64,000 bases of DNA from Eledone cirrhosa (taxonomy: Eukaryota): NCBI GenBank assembly GCA_964016885.1, contig OZ024747.1:85312001-85376000 (forward strand). The letters are read 5' to 3'. Position 1 is the stretch's first letter, and each line of letters starts with the position of its first letter. Below, piece after piece: positions 1 to 11,766 of the stretch. Under the pieces are notes generated by a model. It was given only the letters and a program-made list of their open reading frames with translations, was not told the DNA's origin and did not search any database. The translations under genes and the position numbers were made by a program.

Positions 1-102
1 CACAAGGCCAGCAATTACTCCAGTGCATTACTGGTACTTTATTTTATCGACCCCGTAAGGATGAAAGGCAAAGTTAACCTCGGCGGGATTTGAACTCAGA
101 AC
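1..102 (-). mobile_element. tRNA-derived SINE family 1, partial (cut by window edge and by a (TACA)n tract)
   Basis: Reverse complement of the family core GAGTTCAAATCCCGCCGAGGTTAACTTTGCCTTTCATCCTTACGGGGTCGATAAAATAAAGTACCAG, seen more than 20 times in the window. Confidence 0.9.
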
Positions 103-242
103 ATACATACATACATACATACATACATACATACATACATACATACATACATACATACATACATACATACTTACTTACATACATACATACATATATACAT
201 ACATACTTACATACATACTTACATACATATATACATACATAC

Positions 243-273
<31 letters not shown>

Positions 274-325
274 CATACATACATACATACATACATACAT
301 ACATACATGCTTACATACATACATA
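101..325. repeat. (TACA)n microsatellite
   Basis: Direct reading; explains ORFs 74..304 and 90..326. Confidence 0.98.
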
Positions 326-1160
326 ATCCAAGAACAGGAGATTAGCACGAAATACCTGATTCACAAAAGAGATAGGTATGCAGGCAAAACACCTAGATGT
401 GATAACAAGTGCAGACTCTGCAGAACTAACATCGAGGATATCACCCATGTCATCAGCAGCTGTCCAAAGATGTCATCGCGGTACTATCTACCTATGAGGC
501 ATGATGTAGTGGTCAAAACACTGTACAATGCAGTTCGTAAAAAAGATAGCCCCGATAATAAACACATTAAAAGCTACAACAATGTGGAAGACATCCATGT
601 ACATAATATGACAGAGTACTGGTGGAATGTTCCAGTAAAAACCCCAATAAAATGTAGGCATAACAGACCAGATATTATGATATGGGACAGGGAGAAGAAA
701 ACATGCACAGTAGTGGAAATTAGCTGCCCAGCAGATGCCAATATAATATCAAAGATTAGTGAAAAGGAGAATATTTATGCAGAACTGATGAGAAATCTGC
801 AGATACTCCACCCTGATTACACCTTCAGATTTATGCCTGTGATTATTGGGGCACTGGGATATGTTAGTAACTGTACAATCCATTAATGGAACAGTAAAAA
901 TATGTAAAACATTCCAAAAATGTTGCATCTAATAACTGCATATACACATGTACAGATACAAAGCATATACACATACACACATACAACTCAAAACATCCAC
1001 ATCCACACATACAATAACATCCATATCTACACATGCATGCATACATACATATCTACCTAGATGATGTTGTGTAAATTCCAATGAGTGAGTCTTGTGTCTA
1101 TGTTAGAAACCGACTCTCTCTCTATTGGTAAAAATTTGTGAAATTATAAAACCAGAAGAA
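326..1160 (+). mobile_element. 5'-truncated non-LTR retrotransposon, R4/Dong-like, family A (CCHC knuckle, restriction-like endonuclease, 3' UTR)
   Basis: Translates IQEQE...CRLCRTNIEDITHVISSC...RHD...RPDI...VEISCP...KENIY...PVIIGALG, the CCHC plus PD-(D/E)xK layout of REL elements. Flanked by (CATA)n on both sides. About 70 bp deleted near 872 relative to the 8489-8932 copy. Confidence 0.88.
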
Positions 1161-1214
1161 CATACATACATACATACATACATACATACATACATACATA
1201 CATACATACATACA

Positions 1215-1243
<29 letters not shown>

Positions 1244-1248
<5 letters not shown>

Positions 1249-1466
1249 CCAACCCGCTTGGACCAATGTATAACTGAACTTGGATTTGCGGACAAAGAGC
1301 GCAGCTCCCTAATTCATAGTCTACAAATGGCTGCGATAGCTGGCACCTTCAAAATTTGCAAAACATTCTTGCGATTCAAGGGATGACAATTTCTTTTCTT
1401 TTAAATCCTTGCCACCAGGAAGGTGGCCGGTCAAAAAATATACTCGAAATTAAGAGAAAGAGATAA
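1244..1466 (+). mobile_element. 3' end of R4/Dong-like LINE, family B
   Basis: Near-identical to the reverse complement of 9289-9515; bounded by (CATA)n. Confidence 0.85.
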
Positions 1467-1492
1467 CATACATACATACATACATAAATACA

Positions 1493-1528
<36 letters not shown>

Positions 1529-1618
1529 CATACATACATATATACATACATATATACATACATTCATACATATATACATATATACATACATAAATACATA
1601 CATACATACATACATACA

Positions 1619-1652
<34 letters not shown>

Positions 1653-1662
1653 CATACATAAA

Positions 1663-1696
<34 letters not shown>

Positions 1697-1845
1697 CATA
1701 CATACATACATACAAACGTACATACATATATATACATACATACATATATACATACATATATACATTCATACATATATACATACATACATAGACATTGATA
1801 CATACATACATGTATACATACATACATGTATACATACATACATAG
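1467..1845. repeat. Degenerate (TACA)n/(TA)n microsatellite
   Basis: Direct reading. Confidence 0.95.
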
Positions 1846-2237
1846 ACGTAGATATAGAGGGTGAATGTGAGCCAATGATGGTGGGTTGAGAGGGGGGAGA
1901 TACAATAATCCAATATGGTGGTGTCTCACAGACTGGGATTGTCTGACGGAATGGGTCGATGCCAAATAAATAAACCTGAATTTATAAATAGTAAGTAGGA
2001 CACACAGACACACACAGACACACACAGACACACACAGACACACACAGACACACACAAAGACATAATCAGACATAAGTATAGGTACACATATGTAAGCTCA
2101 CAGACAGAAACACATACAAAGACAAAGTAAATCCACATACATATACATACACGTACATACAAATAAACACAAACACACGCACATGCAGACGCACACAAAT
2201 ACACACTCACACACATAGACAGATACACATACATATA

Positions 2238-2520
2238 TTTGCCTTTCATCCTTACGGGATCGATAAAGTACCAGTAATACACTGGGTGATTGCTGGCCTT
2301 GTGCCAAAAGTAGAAACAATTATTATTAAGTGGATTGGCAGTGTTGGTAGAAGGACGGACGCCATGCTTTGACGCATAGAGTTACGGCCCGTGCCATTCT
2401 GAGTTCAAATCCCGCCGAGGTTAACTTTGCCTTTCATCCTTACGGGGTCGATAAAATAAAGTACCAGTAATGTACTGAGGTAATTGCTGGCCTTGTGCCA
2501 AAGGTATTGTGCCAATTATT
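2238..2520 (+). mobile_element. Two tandem SINE family 1 copies (5'-truncated 2238-2326; near full 2329-2520)
   Basis: A box TGGCAGTGTTGG, B box GAGTTCAAATCC, central GCCTTTCATCC...GGTCGATAAAATAAAGTACC (resembles the Meta/Sauria-type SINE central domain as I recall it), ATT tail. Confidence 0.9.
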
Positions 2521-2680
2521 AAGTTGTTGCTTTGAACATAGTTTAGTAATGGTTTTTACATAAAATTGTCATAGAAGTATGTTTTATTATCATAGAAGCA
2601 TCTTTAATGAAATCTTTGCAAAGATGATTTTCCGTGATGCTTATTATCTTAGTTAAAATACTTTCATTATTGTATATCAC

Positions 2681-2786
2681 GCCGAGGCTAACTTTGCCTT
2701 TCATCCTTACGGGGTCGATAAAATGAAGTACCAGTTATGCACTGGGATAATTGTTGGCCTTTTGACAAAAGTAGAAACAATTATTA
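2681..2786 (+). mobile_element. SINE family 1, 5'-truncated
   Basis: Core and 3' end match the family consensus. Confidence 0.85.
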
Positions 2787-3196
2787 AGTGGATGTTTTGA
2801 ATAATACTTATCAAAAGTTCTTATATAAAATTACATTGAAATGTGTTGTTTCATTTTATAAATATAAACACTGTAAAATAATGTTTTCTATCATAGAACT
2901 ACGTGCGGTTTCAAAAGGGTTAATATGTTGTTACTACAAGGATGTATTGTAGTTTATGTGTCATGTTTACTGTTATGCTGTTGGTATAACTACAATGATT
3001 AATCAGTAGAAACAAACTACAGAGGATATTAAAGGAATTAAATACATCATTTATAGGTCGGATACTATATAGATTAGGTGATTAACTTATGAAAACATAT
3101 GAGAACGTAGCAACCAATCAGAAACTAACACTAACACACAAACATTGGTATATTGGTGTGTTGGTAACATTGTTGTATTGGTAATATTATTGTAAA

Positions 3197-3390
3197 GGCG
3201 GTGGACTGGCAGTATCGGTAGAGGATCTGACGCCATGTTTTACAGCAAAGAGTTACGGCCCTTGATGGTCTGAGTTAAAATCCCGCCGAGGTTAACTTTG
3301 CCTTTCATCCTTACGGGGTAGATAAAATAAAGTACCAGTAATACACTGGGATAATTGCTGGCCTTGTGCCAAAAGTAGAAACAATATTAT
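3197..3390 (+). mobile_element. SINE family 1, full length
   Basis: GGCGGTGGACTGGCAGTATCGG head, B box, core, tail; AATATTATTGTA on both flanks (probable TSD). Confidence 0.92.
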
Positions 3391-3540
3391 TGTATTGGTA
3401 ACATTACTGTATTGGTAACATTACTATATTGGTAACATTGGTGTATTGGTAACATTGGTGTATTGGTAACATTGGTGTATTGGTAACATTGGTGTATTGG
3501 TAACATTGGTGTATTAGTAAAATTGGAGTATTGGCAACAT
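3388..3540. repeat. 17-bp minisatellite (TATTGGTAACATTGGTG)n
   Basis: About 9 units; related units at 3143-3190. Confidence 0.9.
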
Positions 3541-3976
3541 CAGAATCCTCCAACAATTTCCCTCTATATTCATCAATTCTACACCAATAAATAAACAGTC
3601 CGTTGCAGTCTACACCGAAATGTTAACAGTCAGTAGCAGTTTACATGAACATATAAACAGCTGCATTCTACACCAATATTTCAACAATCTGCTGTAGTCT
3701 GCAGCCATCTCCATTTCCCGGTATCCTCAGCAACTTTCAGTTATCTTTAGAAATGTTGTGTAAACTAGAATACAGTCTTGCATGTAGCAACACTGCACTG
3801 ACACGTCAAGTTGAAATATTTAGACAGAGTTATTGATATTGTAACAATAGAAATATATCGATTATATGTCACGAGGTAAAATGACAATTTTAGTTGGTAG
3901 GCGTTGGGGAAACAATGATGTCACTGTCTAGTGATTCCATTCTGACTATTCACAATGTCCTGATATCCTAGGTAAA

Positions 3977-4349
3977 GCTATAACAGAAGCAAAATATATT
4001 TGACGATCATACTAACCTATTTCGTGATCCCAGCTTTCAGGGCAATGTTTTAATATAGAATTTTGTCAGGGAAGGATTGGCCGTACTCATGACATTTTTC
4101 AGAGCTTCTGAGACTGGTTAGGGAAAGGGAGAATGAAGGAAGATACACTTAAACTATGCCTTTCTCGAGCTATAACAGAAGCAATATATCTTTGTCAACC
4201 ATATTAACCTATTTCGTGATCCCAGCTTTCAGGGCAATGTTTTAATATAGAATTTTGTCAGGGAAGGATTGGCCGTACTCATGACATTTTTCAGAGCTTC
4301 TGAGACTGGTTAGGGAAAGGGAGAATGAAGGAAGATACACTTAAACTAG
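3977..4349. repeat. Tandem duplication, unit about 190 bp
   Basis: AGCTATAACAGAAGC...GATACACTTAAACTA occurs twice, starting at about 3977 and 4168. Confidence 0.92.
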
Positions 4350-5463
4350 AGTAGAAACCTATCCAAACTTCTTGCAACAGAGTGGACTCCACTAACGGCA
4401 TCCATTGTTTGGATCTTTAATCTAAATCAGCAGGTCCCTCCAGGTAGCCAACCCCACTTACTTGACTTCGACTCTGCCATTCGCATTTGTTCGCCGTTCG
4501 TGCTTTTCCATGTTCCTTTCTTTCTCTTTTTCACATATTTCACACTTGTTGATGAACATATCACTGCCCCAGGGATCACCTTGGTTGAATACTTTGTGTT
4601 CTTTGCTCTCTTTCACTCTCTCTCCCTCTTTTTTCCATCCTCCCCGTCCTTGCTACTAATGCTGCTAGTAGAGCCCACCCCTCTCTCTCTAAATAATCTG
4701 ACATTCCTTTTGAAATTATAGACACCCCTACATAGCACCCATGAAAACCTACCACCCCATTGAGAGTTCACAGCGCCTACGCTGAGGACCACAGATCTTG
4801 ATTAACTTTTACGCCGAGGACAACTATCCACATAAGTAAATCTTATACCTGATTCGTCGAAAGAGGATATTTGAAAATATCTAACTACATAGAATCTATA
4901 CAATTTCAAAATAGATAAAACATTAAAATTAAATATAAAAAAATAATGATCAATTTATTGATATTAAGTATGGAGATCAATATATTGTATATGAATAAAT
5001 TGGAGTTATCTTCACCTGACATCTCATCAAATGAAGATTCATATGTTCAATGATCGATTTCATAGTTTTGTAAATCTAGAAAACCTACTTTAAATTGATC
5101 CAAAATATTGAAATACCTTGTAACATACTCCACTATCAATTCTGGTATGGTAGGCTTGTCAACCACTGATAGAATCGTAGGAGTGTCATTGTGACATGGT
5201 GTGCTCCAGACATGATGTGCTCCAGTCGTCGCCACCTGTCGCAGTTACGTGTCTCAGTAATTCTGCTGTCACTTCCTCAACCGATCGAACATATATCACG
5301 CAGTATTTTTCTTTATTTTTCTATCTTTCTTTTTTTACAGTTATTTTTAGACAGTAGAGTAGTAGTTCTTAGCTTAGGGTCCGCAGACCTTCGGGGTTCC
5401 CAAAAGTAGTACAAGAGGCCCATGAGCTAAGTTCAAAATTTCAAATAGTTTGTTAAAAAAATG

Positions 5464-5675
5464 TTTTCTGATTTAGACACAGACAAGCAATTTGGTGGAA
5501 GGGGAAAATCAATTAAATCGAACCTAGTGTGTGACTGGTACTTTATTTTATCGACCCCGTAAGGATGAAAGACAAATCTAACCTCGGCGGGATTTGAACT
5601 CAAAACGTAAAGGGCCGTAACTCTATGTCATAAAGCATCTTGTCCTACGTTCTACCGATACTGCTAATCCACCAC
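5464..5675 (-). mobile_element. SINE family 1, long-tail variant
   Basis: Core match plus an extra GGAAAA-TCGATTAAATCGA segment shared with copies at 12490, 13361, 27395, 27578 and 57250. Confidence 0.85.
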
Positions 5676-6329
5676 TCAAAATAATACACTTGCACACATT
5701 ATTGAGTAAACATTTCTCTCTCTCACTTGTTATTCTCACTGTATAACAATTGCAAGTACTTTGTTAGAAACAATAATATACACACTATACACATAATAAT
5801 ATACACATTAATATTATACACACTAATGGGCATCTATTCTTCTCTCAGTAGAAACCTTTCTCTCATTTGATTGTTATCTCAACATATAACAATTTAGGAG
5901 GCGATTTAGTGTTGAAAATTATATGAAAGTGTTCATTGGTAGTGAAAAGGCTAGGAAAGTGATGTAGGGTGTAATTTGTAAGAGATTTATGCGCTATTTC
6001 TAGCAGGTCCAGTGACCATGAAGATACTTCCTATAACTATTATTGATGTGAAGATATTTAGTAAATAAATGCAGTCGAGTTATTTAGGCCAAACCCGCAG
6101 GTTACCTTCTTCTCTAACCACACCCTACCACGTGCTAGTTTCTAATTAGTGTTTCCTTCGCAGATAGTGGTGTTTTGATGGCGGCGGTGGCGGTGGCGGT
6201 GGTAGTGATGGTGGTGGTGGTGGTATGGTGGTTGTAATGGAGGATGATACGGGATGTAGTGTTTATGAAATCGAGTGGATACTTGATAGTTTAAAGTATT
6301 TGCACAAACAGAGTGGAGACGTTTGGATA

Positions 6330-6765
6330 AAGTCAGGTAGTGAACACTTTGAAACTCGCCGAAGAGAACACCTAACTCTGAAAACGAAGGTAAGGAAAAG
6401 GGTCTGTTCTGAGGGTTCTGAACTGCCTGCTGTTGAGCATCATCTGGTTTGCCAGCACTGTGGTCGAGTCTGCATGAGCAAAGCTGGTTTGATTAGACAC
6501 GAACAAAGTCATATCAGTTGACCTCATGTAGATTATGATCTGAAAAGGTGTAAGGAATGTGGCAAGGAATGTGCAAGCATGGGAGGTCTTAAAAGACACA
6601 CGAGAACACACAGCCAGAACCAAGCAATGGAAAGTCCCAGAAGAGCCTACAGTTGCCATGTATGTTCCAGAGGGTGCAAGTCTTTGGCTGGTTTAAAGAG
6701 CCACATTCGCGCCGCACATTTTTGAGCATTTTATCGGGCGATGGCAACGAGTTGGCAGCCATCAT
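6330..6765 (+). mobile_element. 3' end of an RTE-type LINE with three C2H2 zinc fingers and a (TATG)n tail
   Basis: CQHCGRVCMSKAGLIRHEQSH, CKECGKECASMGGLKRHTRTH and CHVCSRGCKSLAGLKSHIRAAH; terminus GAGTTGGCAGCCATC-(ATGT)n shared with the neighbouring elements. Confidence 0.7.
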
Positions 6766-6785
6766 GTATGTATGTATGTATGTAT

Positions 6786-7292
6786 GTGAGGAGGGTGGCT
6801 TTGGACATCCTGCAGGACTAAAAACAAAACCTGTCAAAAGGCAAAGGGGCTCTTAAGAGTCAATAGCCATCCAAAATCACCGGGAGAGATGACCCCTTAG
6901 CCTTTGTCAAGGCAGAATTCTAGGAGAAGGAAAACTCTGATATAACACCTGCAACCCTGATGGTATCCAATGATGTTGAATTGTTCTTCTTTTTGGTAAA
7001 TATCATCTTGGTCAAGAGAGTGGGACTGGCTTCGTGCCGTGCCTTTGCTCACTATAAAAGCTTCACAGCACAGGCATTGCTTTATATCTGGAGATCTCTC
7101 TGCACTTGTCGTCACATGGTACCATGGGCCCAGTGCTATGTGTCAATAATTGTCACAGGTGTAGTGTTTGTACCAGAGTTTTCAAGTCGCTGGCTGGACT
7201 AAAAAGTCACACTCGTTCAGCGCATTGGTAGGGTTCTCCTACATGGATATAAAGTAGTGGCCGTACTCGAAAACGAGTTGGCAGCCACCATG
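6786..7292 (+). mobile_element. Non-autonomous RTE-derived element (5'-UTR-like part fused to zinc-finger 3' end), copy 1
   Basis: Highly similar to 7975-8480 and 10186-10600; contains CTAGGAGAAGGAAAACTCTGA, a CSVCTRVFKSLAGLKSH finger and a (TATG)n tail. Confidence 0.7.
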
Positions 7293-7351
7293 TATGTATG
7301 TATGTATGTATGTATGTATGTATGTATGTATGTATGTATGTATGTATGTAT

Positions 7352-7660
7352 GGTTAGGGTATTCCACTTATAATCGTAAGGTTATGAGTTCAATTCCTAG
7401 CAACATATTGTGTCCTTGAGCAAGGCACTTTATTTCCCGCTGCTCCAGTCCGCTCAGCTGGCAAAAATGACTTGTACCTGAAATTCGAATGGCCAACCTT
7501 GTCACATTCTGTGTCACGCTGAATCTCCCCGAGAACCTCGTTAAGGGTACACGTATCTGTAGAGTGCTCAGCCACTTGCATGTTAATTTCATGAGAAGTC
7601 TGTTCCGTTGATCGGATCAACTGGAACACTCATCGTCGTAACCGACGGATTACCAGAAGA
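7352..7660 (+). mobile_element. tRNA-derived SINE family 2
   Basis: B box GAGTTCAATTCC followed by TGTGTCCTTGAGCAAGGCACTTTATTTC (CORE/V-like central motif); related to 15432-15910. Confidence 0.8.
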
Positions 7661-7875
7661 ATGTATGTATGTATGTATGCGTGCGTATGCATGTATGTAT
7701 GCGTGCGTGTGCATGTATGTACGTATGTGTGTATGTATGTATGTATGTATGTGTGTGCATGTGTGTGTATGTATGTGTGTGTGTATGTATGTATGTGTGA
7801 ATGTATGCATGTATGTATGTATGTATGTATGTATATATATATGTATGTATATATGTATGTATGGATATATGTATG

Positions 7876-8488
7876 TTGGTGCTACTGGTGCTACTGGTAA
7901 CATGTATGCCAGTACAACCTGTCCCATGGTCGGGTCGTTGGCGACTAAACTGGCAACCCCACCAAGGTTTCTTGGTGAGGAGGGGGACTTTGGACATCCT
8001 GCAGGACTAAAAACAAAACCTGTCAAAGGGCAAAGGAGCTCTTAAGAGTCAATGGCCATCCAAAATCATCGGGAGAGTTGACCCCTTAGCCTTTGTCAAG
8101 GCAGAATTCTAGGAGAAAGAAAACTCTGATATAACACCTGCAACCCTGATGGTATCCAATGATGTTGACTTGTTCTCCTTTTTGGTAAATATCATCTTGG
8201 TTAAGAGAGTGGGACTGGCTTTGTGCAGTGCTTTTGCTCACTATAAAAACTTCACGGCACAGGCATTGCTTTATATCTGGAGATCTCTCTGCACTTGTCG
8301 TCACATGGTATCATGGGCCCAGCACTATGTGTCAATAATTGTCACAAGTGTAGTGTTTGTACCAGAGTTTTCAAGTCGCTGGCTGGACTAAAGTCACATT
8401 CGTTCAGCGCATCGGTAGGGGTTCTCCTACATGGATATAAAGTAGTGGCCATACTCGAAAACGAGTTGGCAGCCACCATGTATGTATG
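7876..8488 (+). mobile_element. Non-autonomous RTE-derived element, copy 2 (longest 5' end)
   Basis: Same family as 6786-7292, with an extra 5' segment also present in the diverged copy at 49050-49300 (-). Confidence 0.72.
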
Positions 8489-8932
8489 TTCTTCTGGTTT
8501 TATAATTTCACAATTTTTTTGCCAATAGAGAGAGTCGGTTTCTAACATAGACACAAGACTCTTTCATTGGAATTTACACAACATCATCTAGGTAGATATG
8601 TATGTATGCATGCATGTGTAGATATGGATGTTATTGTATGTGTGGATGTGGATGTTTTGAGTTGTATGTGTGCATGTGTATATGCTTTGCATCTGTACAT
8701 GTGTATATGCAGTTATTAGATGTAACATTTTTGGAAAGTTTTATATATTTTTACTGTTCCATTAATGGATTGTACTTGTAATTTCCTAACTAGTTTTGTT
8801 CCTTCTGTCCCTGTGAAGCCTAGCTTCTCAATATTTGTATTGAAGCAGTTACTAACATATCCCAGTGCCCCAATAATCACAGGAATAAATCTGGAGGTGT
8901 AATCAGGGTGGAGTATCTGCAGATTTCTCATT
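8489..8932 (-). mobile_element. R4/Dong-like LINE family A, 3' fragment
   Basis: ORF 8716..8931 MRNLQILHPDY...PVIIGALG; 3' UTR matches 930-1160; abuts the (TATG) tail of the RTE-derived element. Confidence 0.88.
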
Positions 8933-9288
8933 AGTGTATGTATATATGTATGTATGCATGTGTATATGTATGTATGTATATATGTATGTATGTATATAAG
9001 TATGTATGTATGTATATATGTATGTATGTACGTATATATCTATGTATGTATGTATCTCTATGTATGTATGTATATATGTATGTATGTATGTATATATGTA
9101 TGTATGTATATATGTATGTATGTATATATGTATGTATATATGTATGTATGTATATATGTATGTATGTATATAAGTATGTATGTATGTATATATGTATGTA
9201 TGTATATAAGTATGTATGTATGTATATATGTATGTATGTACTTATATATGTATGTATGTATGTATGTATCTCTATGTATGTATGTATA

Positions 9289-10100
9289 TTATCTCTTTCT
9301 CTTAATTTCGAGTATATTTTTTGACCGGCCACCTTCCTGGTGGCAAGGTTGTAAAAGAAAAGAAATTGTCATCCCTTGAATCGGAAGAATGTTTTGCAAA
9401 TTTTGAAGGTGCCAGCTATCGCAGCCATTTGTAGACTATGAATTAGGGAGCTGCGCTCTTTGTCCACAAAATCCAAGTTCAGTCATACTTTTGTCCAAGC
9501 GGATTGGTATATAACCCGTAGCTCCAATAATGATGGGTATGAAGCTAAAGGTGTATCTTGGATACTGGATTTGTAAACTCCTCATCAATGGTCCGTAGAT
9601 GTCCTCCTTCTCCTGTATTTTTCTGACAACATTTACATCAAGTGGGCAGCTGATCTCGACAACAGAACACGTTTTCAATGTGTCGTCCCAAACAACAATA
9701 TCAGGCTGGTTGTGCTTTAATTTGGTGGCAGTTTTTATTTTCAGGTTCCACCAGTATTCCTTAGTGCCATCTGTCTCAATATATTCTTCCTCGTTTGTTG
9801 TTAATTTTGTTTTCCGAAGTGCGTTCCAGATGGTTCTAGCTATCCCATCGTGTCTCATGGGGAGGTAGTAGCGAGACGACATTCTTTCGCAGCTGGCAAC
9901 AATGTGGCTTACATCCTCGATCTTTGTTTAACATAGCCTATATTTATTGTCAGCTGATGGCCCTCCCCTTTTGTGCAGCAGATATTTGGTAAGGAGTTCT
10001 TGTTCCTGTATTGCATAGAGATATCCCTCAATGTGTGATGTCATAAACTTGTCGAAACTCCATGCCAGGCTTTTTGAGTGGTTTATCCCATCTATGGTCT
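9289..10100 (-). mobile_element. R4/Dong-like LINE family B, 5'-truncated
   Basis: EGYLYAIQEQEL.TKYL, RHD, QPDIVVWD, VEISCP, KEDIY and PIIIGATG motifs (ORFs 9436..9882 and 9928..10215); bounded by (TATG)n. Confidence 0.88.
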
Positions 10101-10185
10101 GTGTTTTTATATATGTATGTTTGTATGTATGTATGTATATATGTATGTCTATGTATGTATGTATATATGTATGTATATATGTATG

Positions 10186-10600
10186 TGAGAGAGATGACCC
10201 CTTAGCCTTTGTCAAGGCAGAATTCTAGGAGAAGGAAAACTCTGATATAACACCTGCAACCCTGATGGTATCCAATGATGTTGACTTGTTCTTCTTTTTG
10301 GTAAATATCATCTTGGTTAAGAGAGTGGGACTGGCTTTGTGCAGTACTTTTGCTCACTATAAAAGCTTCATGGCACAGGCATTGCTTTGTATCTGGAGAT
10401 CTCTCTGCACTTGTCATCACATGGTACCAAGGGCCCAGCACTATGTGTCAATAATTGTCACAAGTGTAGTGTTTGTGCCAGAGTTTTCAAGTCGCTGGCT
10501 GGACTAAAAAGTCACACTCGTTCAGCGCATCGGTAGGGGTTCTCCTACATGGATATAAAGTAGTGGCCCTACTCGAAAACGAGTTGGCAGCCACCATATA
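10186..10600 (+). mobile_element. Non-autonomous RTE-derived element, copy 3 (more truncated)
   Basis: Matches 6885-7290. Confidence 0.72.
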
Positions 10601-10844
10601 TGTATGTATCTATGTATATATGTATGTATGTATGTTTATGTAAGTATATATATATATAATTTAAATAAATCTCTAAGTGTGCTGGGTGTAGCTATATATT
10701 TTCAGTTTTATATAAATTATAAAGAAATTATATAAAACTCCTGAGAATAGTCAGGTAATTATTGCATGGAAACTGGTGTATAATATCCTGTAATTACCTG
10801 GAAGAGATGAACACCTAGAGACAGACGACCATTGGGTAGAGTGT

Positions 10845-11031
10845 GGAGAGGAGAGAGAGGGGGGTGGGAGAGAGAGAGGGGGAGTGGGAGAGAGAGAGAG
10901 AAGGGGTAGAGTCTGGTGTGGGTGTGGAAGACAGGGAGAGAGAGAGAGAGGGGAGAGAGAAAGAGAGGAGAGAGAGAGAAGAGAGAGAAGAGAGAGATGG
11001 AAAAATAGAGAGGAGAGAGAGAGAGAGAGAT

Positions 11032-11083
<52 letters not shown>

Positions 11084-11240
11084 GAGTGAGGGAGAGAGAG
11101 AGAGTCGGGTGAGGGAGAGAGAGAGGGGTTAGACTAGGGTCTGGACTGGGTGTGGAAGACTGAGAGAGAGAGAGAGAGGAGAGAGGAGAGAGAGAAGAGA
11201 GAGAGGAGATAGAGGGAGAGAGAGAGAGAGAAAGAGAGAG
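10845..11240. repeat. (GA)n-rich low-complexity tract
   Basis: Direct reading. Confidence 0.95.
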
Positions 11241-11344
11241 GTTGGGCTAGGTTATGAAATGATGGATATGGAACAAGGAAAGACTCAGCGGTAGGTCCTA
11301 GGGTGAGGACTGGAACGTTGAGAGACGGTGGGGAAGGTTCTAGG

Positions 11345-11766
11345 CTGGGGCAACTGGGACATCCGTGGGGAAGGTTAGGGTAAGCTCTGGGGTGGGGGAA
11401 CTGGGACATCAGTGGGGTAAGGGTAGGCTCTGGGGTGAGGGAAATGGAACATCGGTGGGGTAAGGTTAGGGTAGGCTCTGGGGTGGGGGAACTGGGACAT
11501 CGGTGGGGTAAGGTTAGGGTAGGCTCTGGGGTGGGAGAACTGGGACATCGGTGGGGTAAGGTTAGGGTAGGCTCTGGGGTGGGAGAATTGGAACATCGGT
11601 GGGGTAAGGGTAGGCTCTGTTTGGGGTAACTGGGACATCGGTGGGGTAAGGTTAGATTAGGCTCTGGAGTGGGGGAACTGAAACATCCGTGGGGTAAGGT
11701 TAGGGTAGGCTCTGGGGTGGGGGAACTGGAACATCCGTGGGGTAAGGTTAGGGTAGGCTCTGGGGT
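11345..11766. repeat. 48-bp G-rich minisatellite
   Basis: Unit GGGGTAAGGTTAGGGTAGGCTCTGGGGTGGGGGAACTGGGACATCGGT, about 8-9 copies; 16-aa periodicity in the ORF track. Confidence 0.93.

Noticed and set aside
3197-3290. SINE heads as tRNA genes
   Set aside because: A and B boxes are too far apart for a cloverleaf and continue into a shared SINE body and tail.
4458-4800. Minus-strand charged peptide (...GDPWGSDMFINKCEICEKEKERNMEK...) ending at CAA|GTAAGT
   Set aside because: Plausible donor, but in-frame stops upstream, no pyrimidine-rich acceptor and no recognised family.
6445-6720. Host C2H2 zinc-finger gene
   Set aside because: No TGEKP linkers, fingers separated by stops or frameshifts, and the 3' terminus and tail are shared with neighbouring retroelements.
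326-10100. Large inverted segmental duplication between 0.3-1.5 kb and 8.5-10.1 kb
   Set aside because: Element order and truncation points differ; independent insertions of the same two families explain it.
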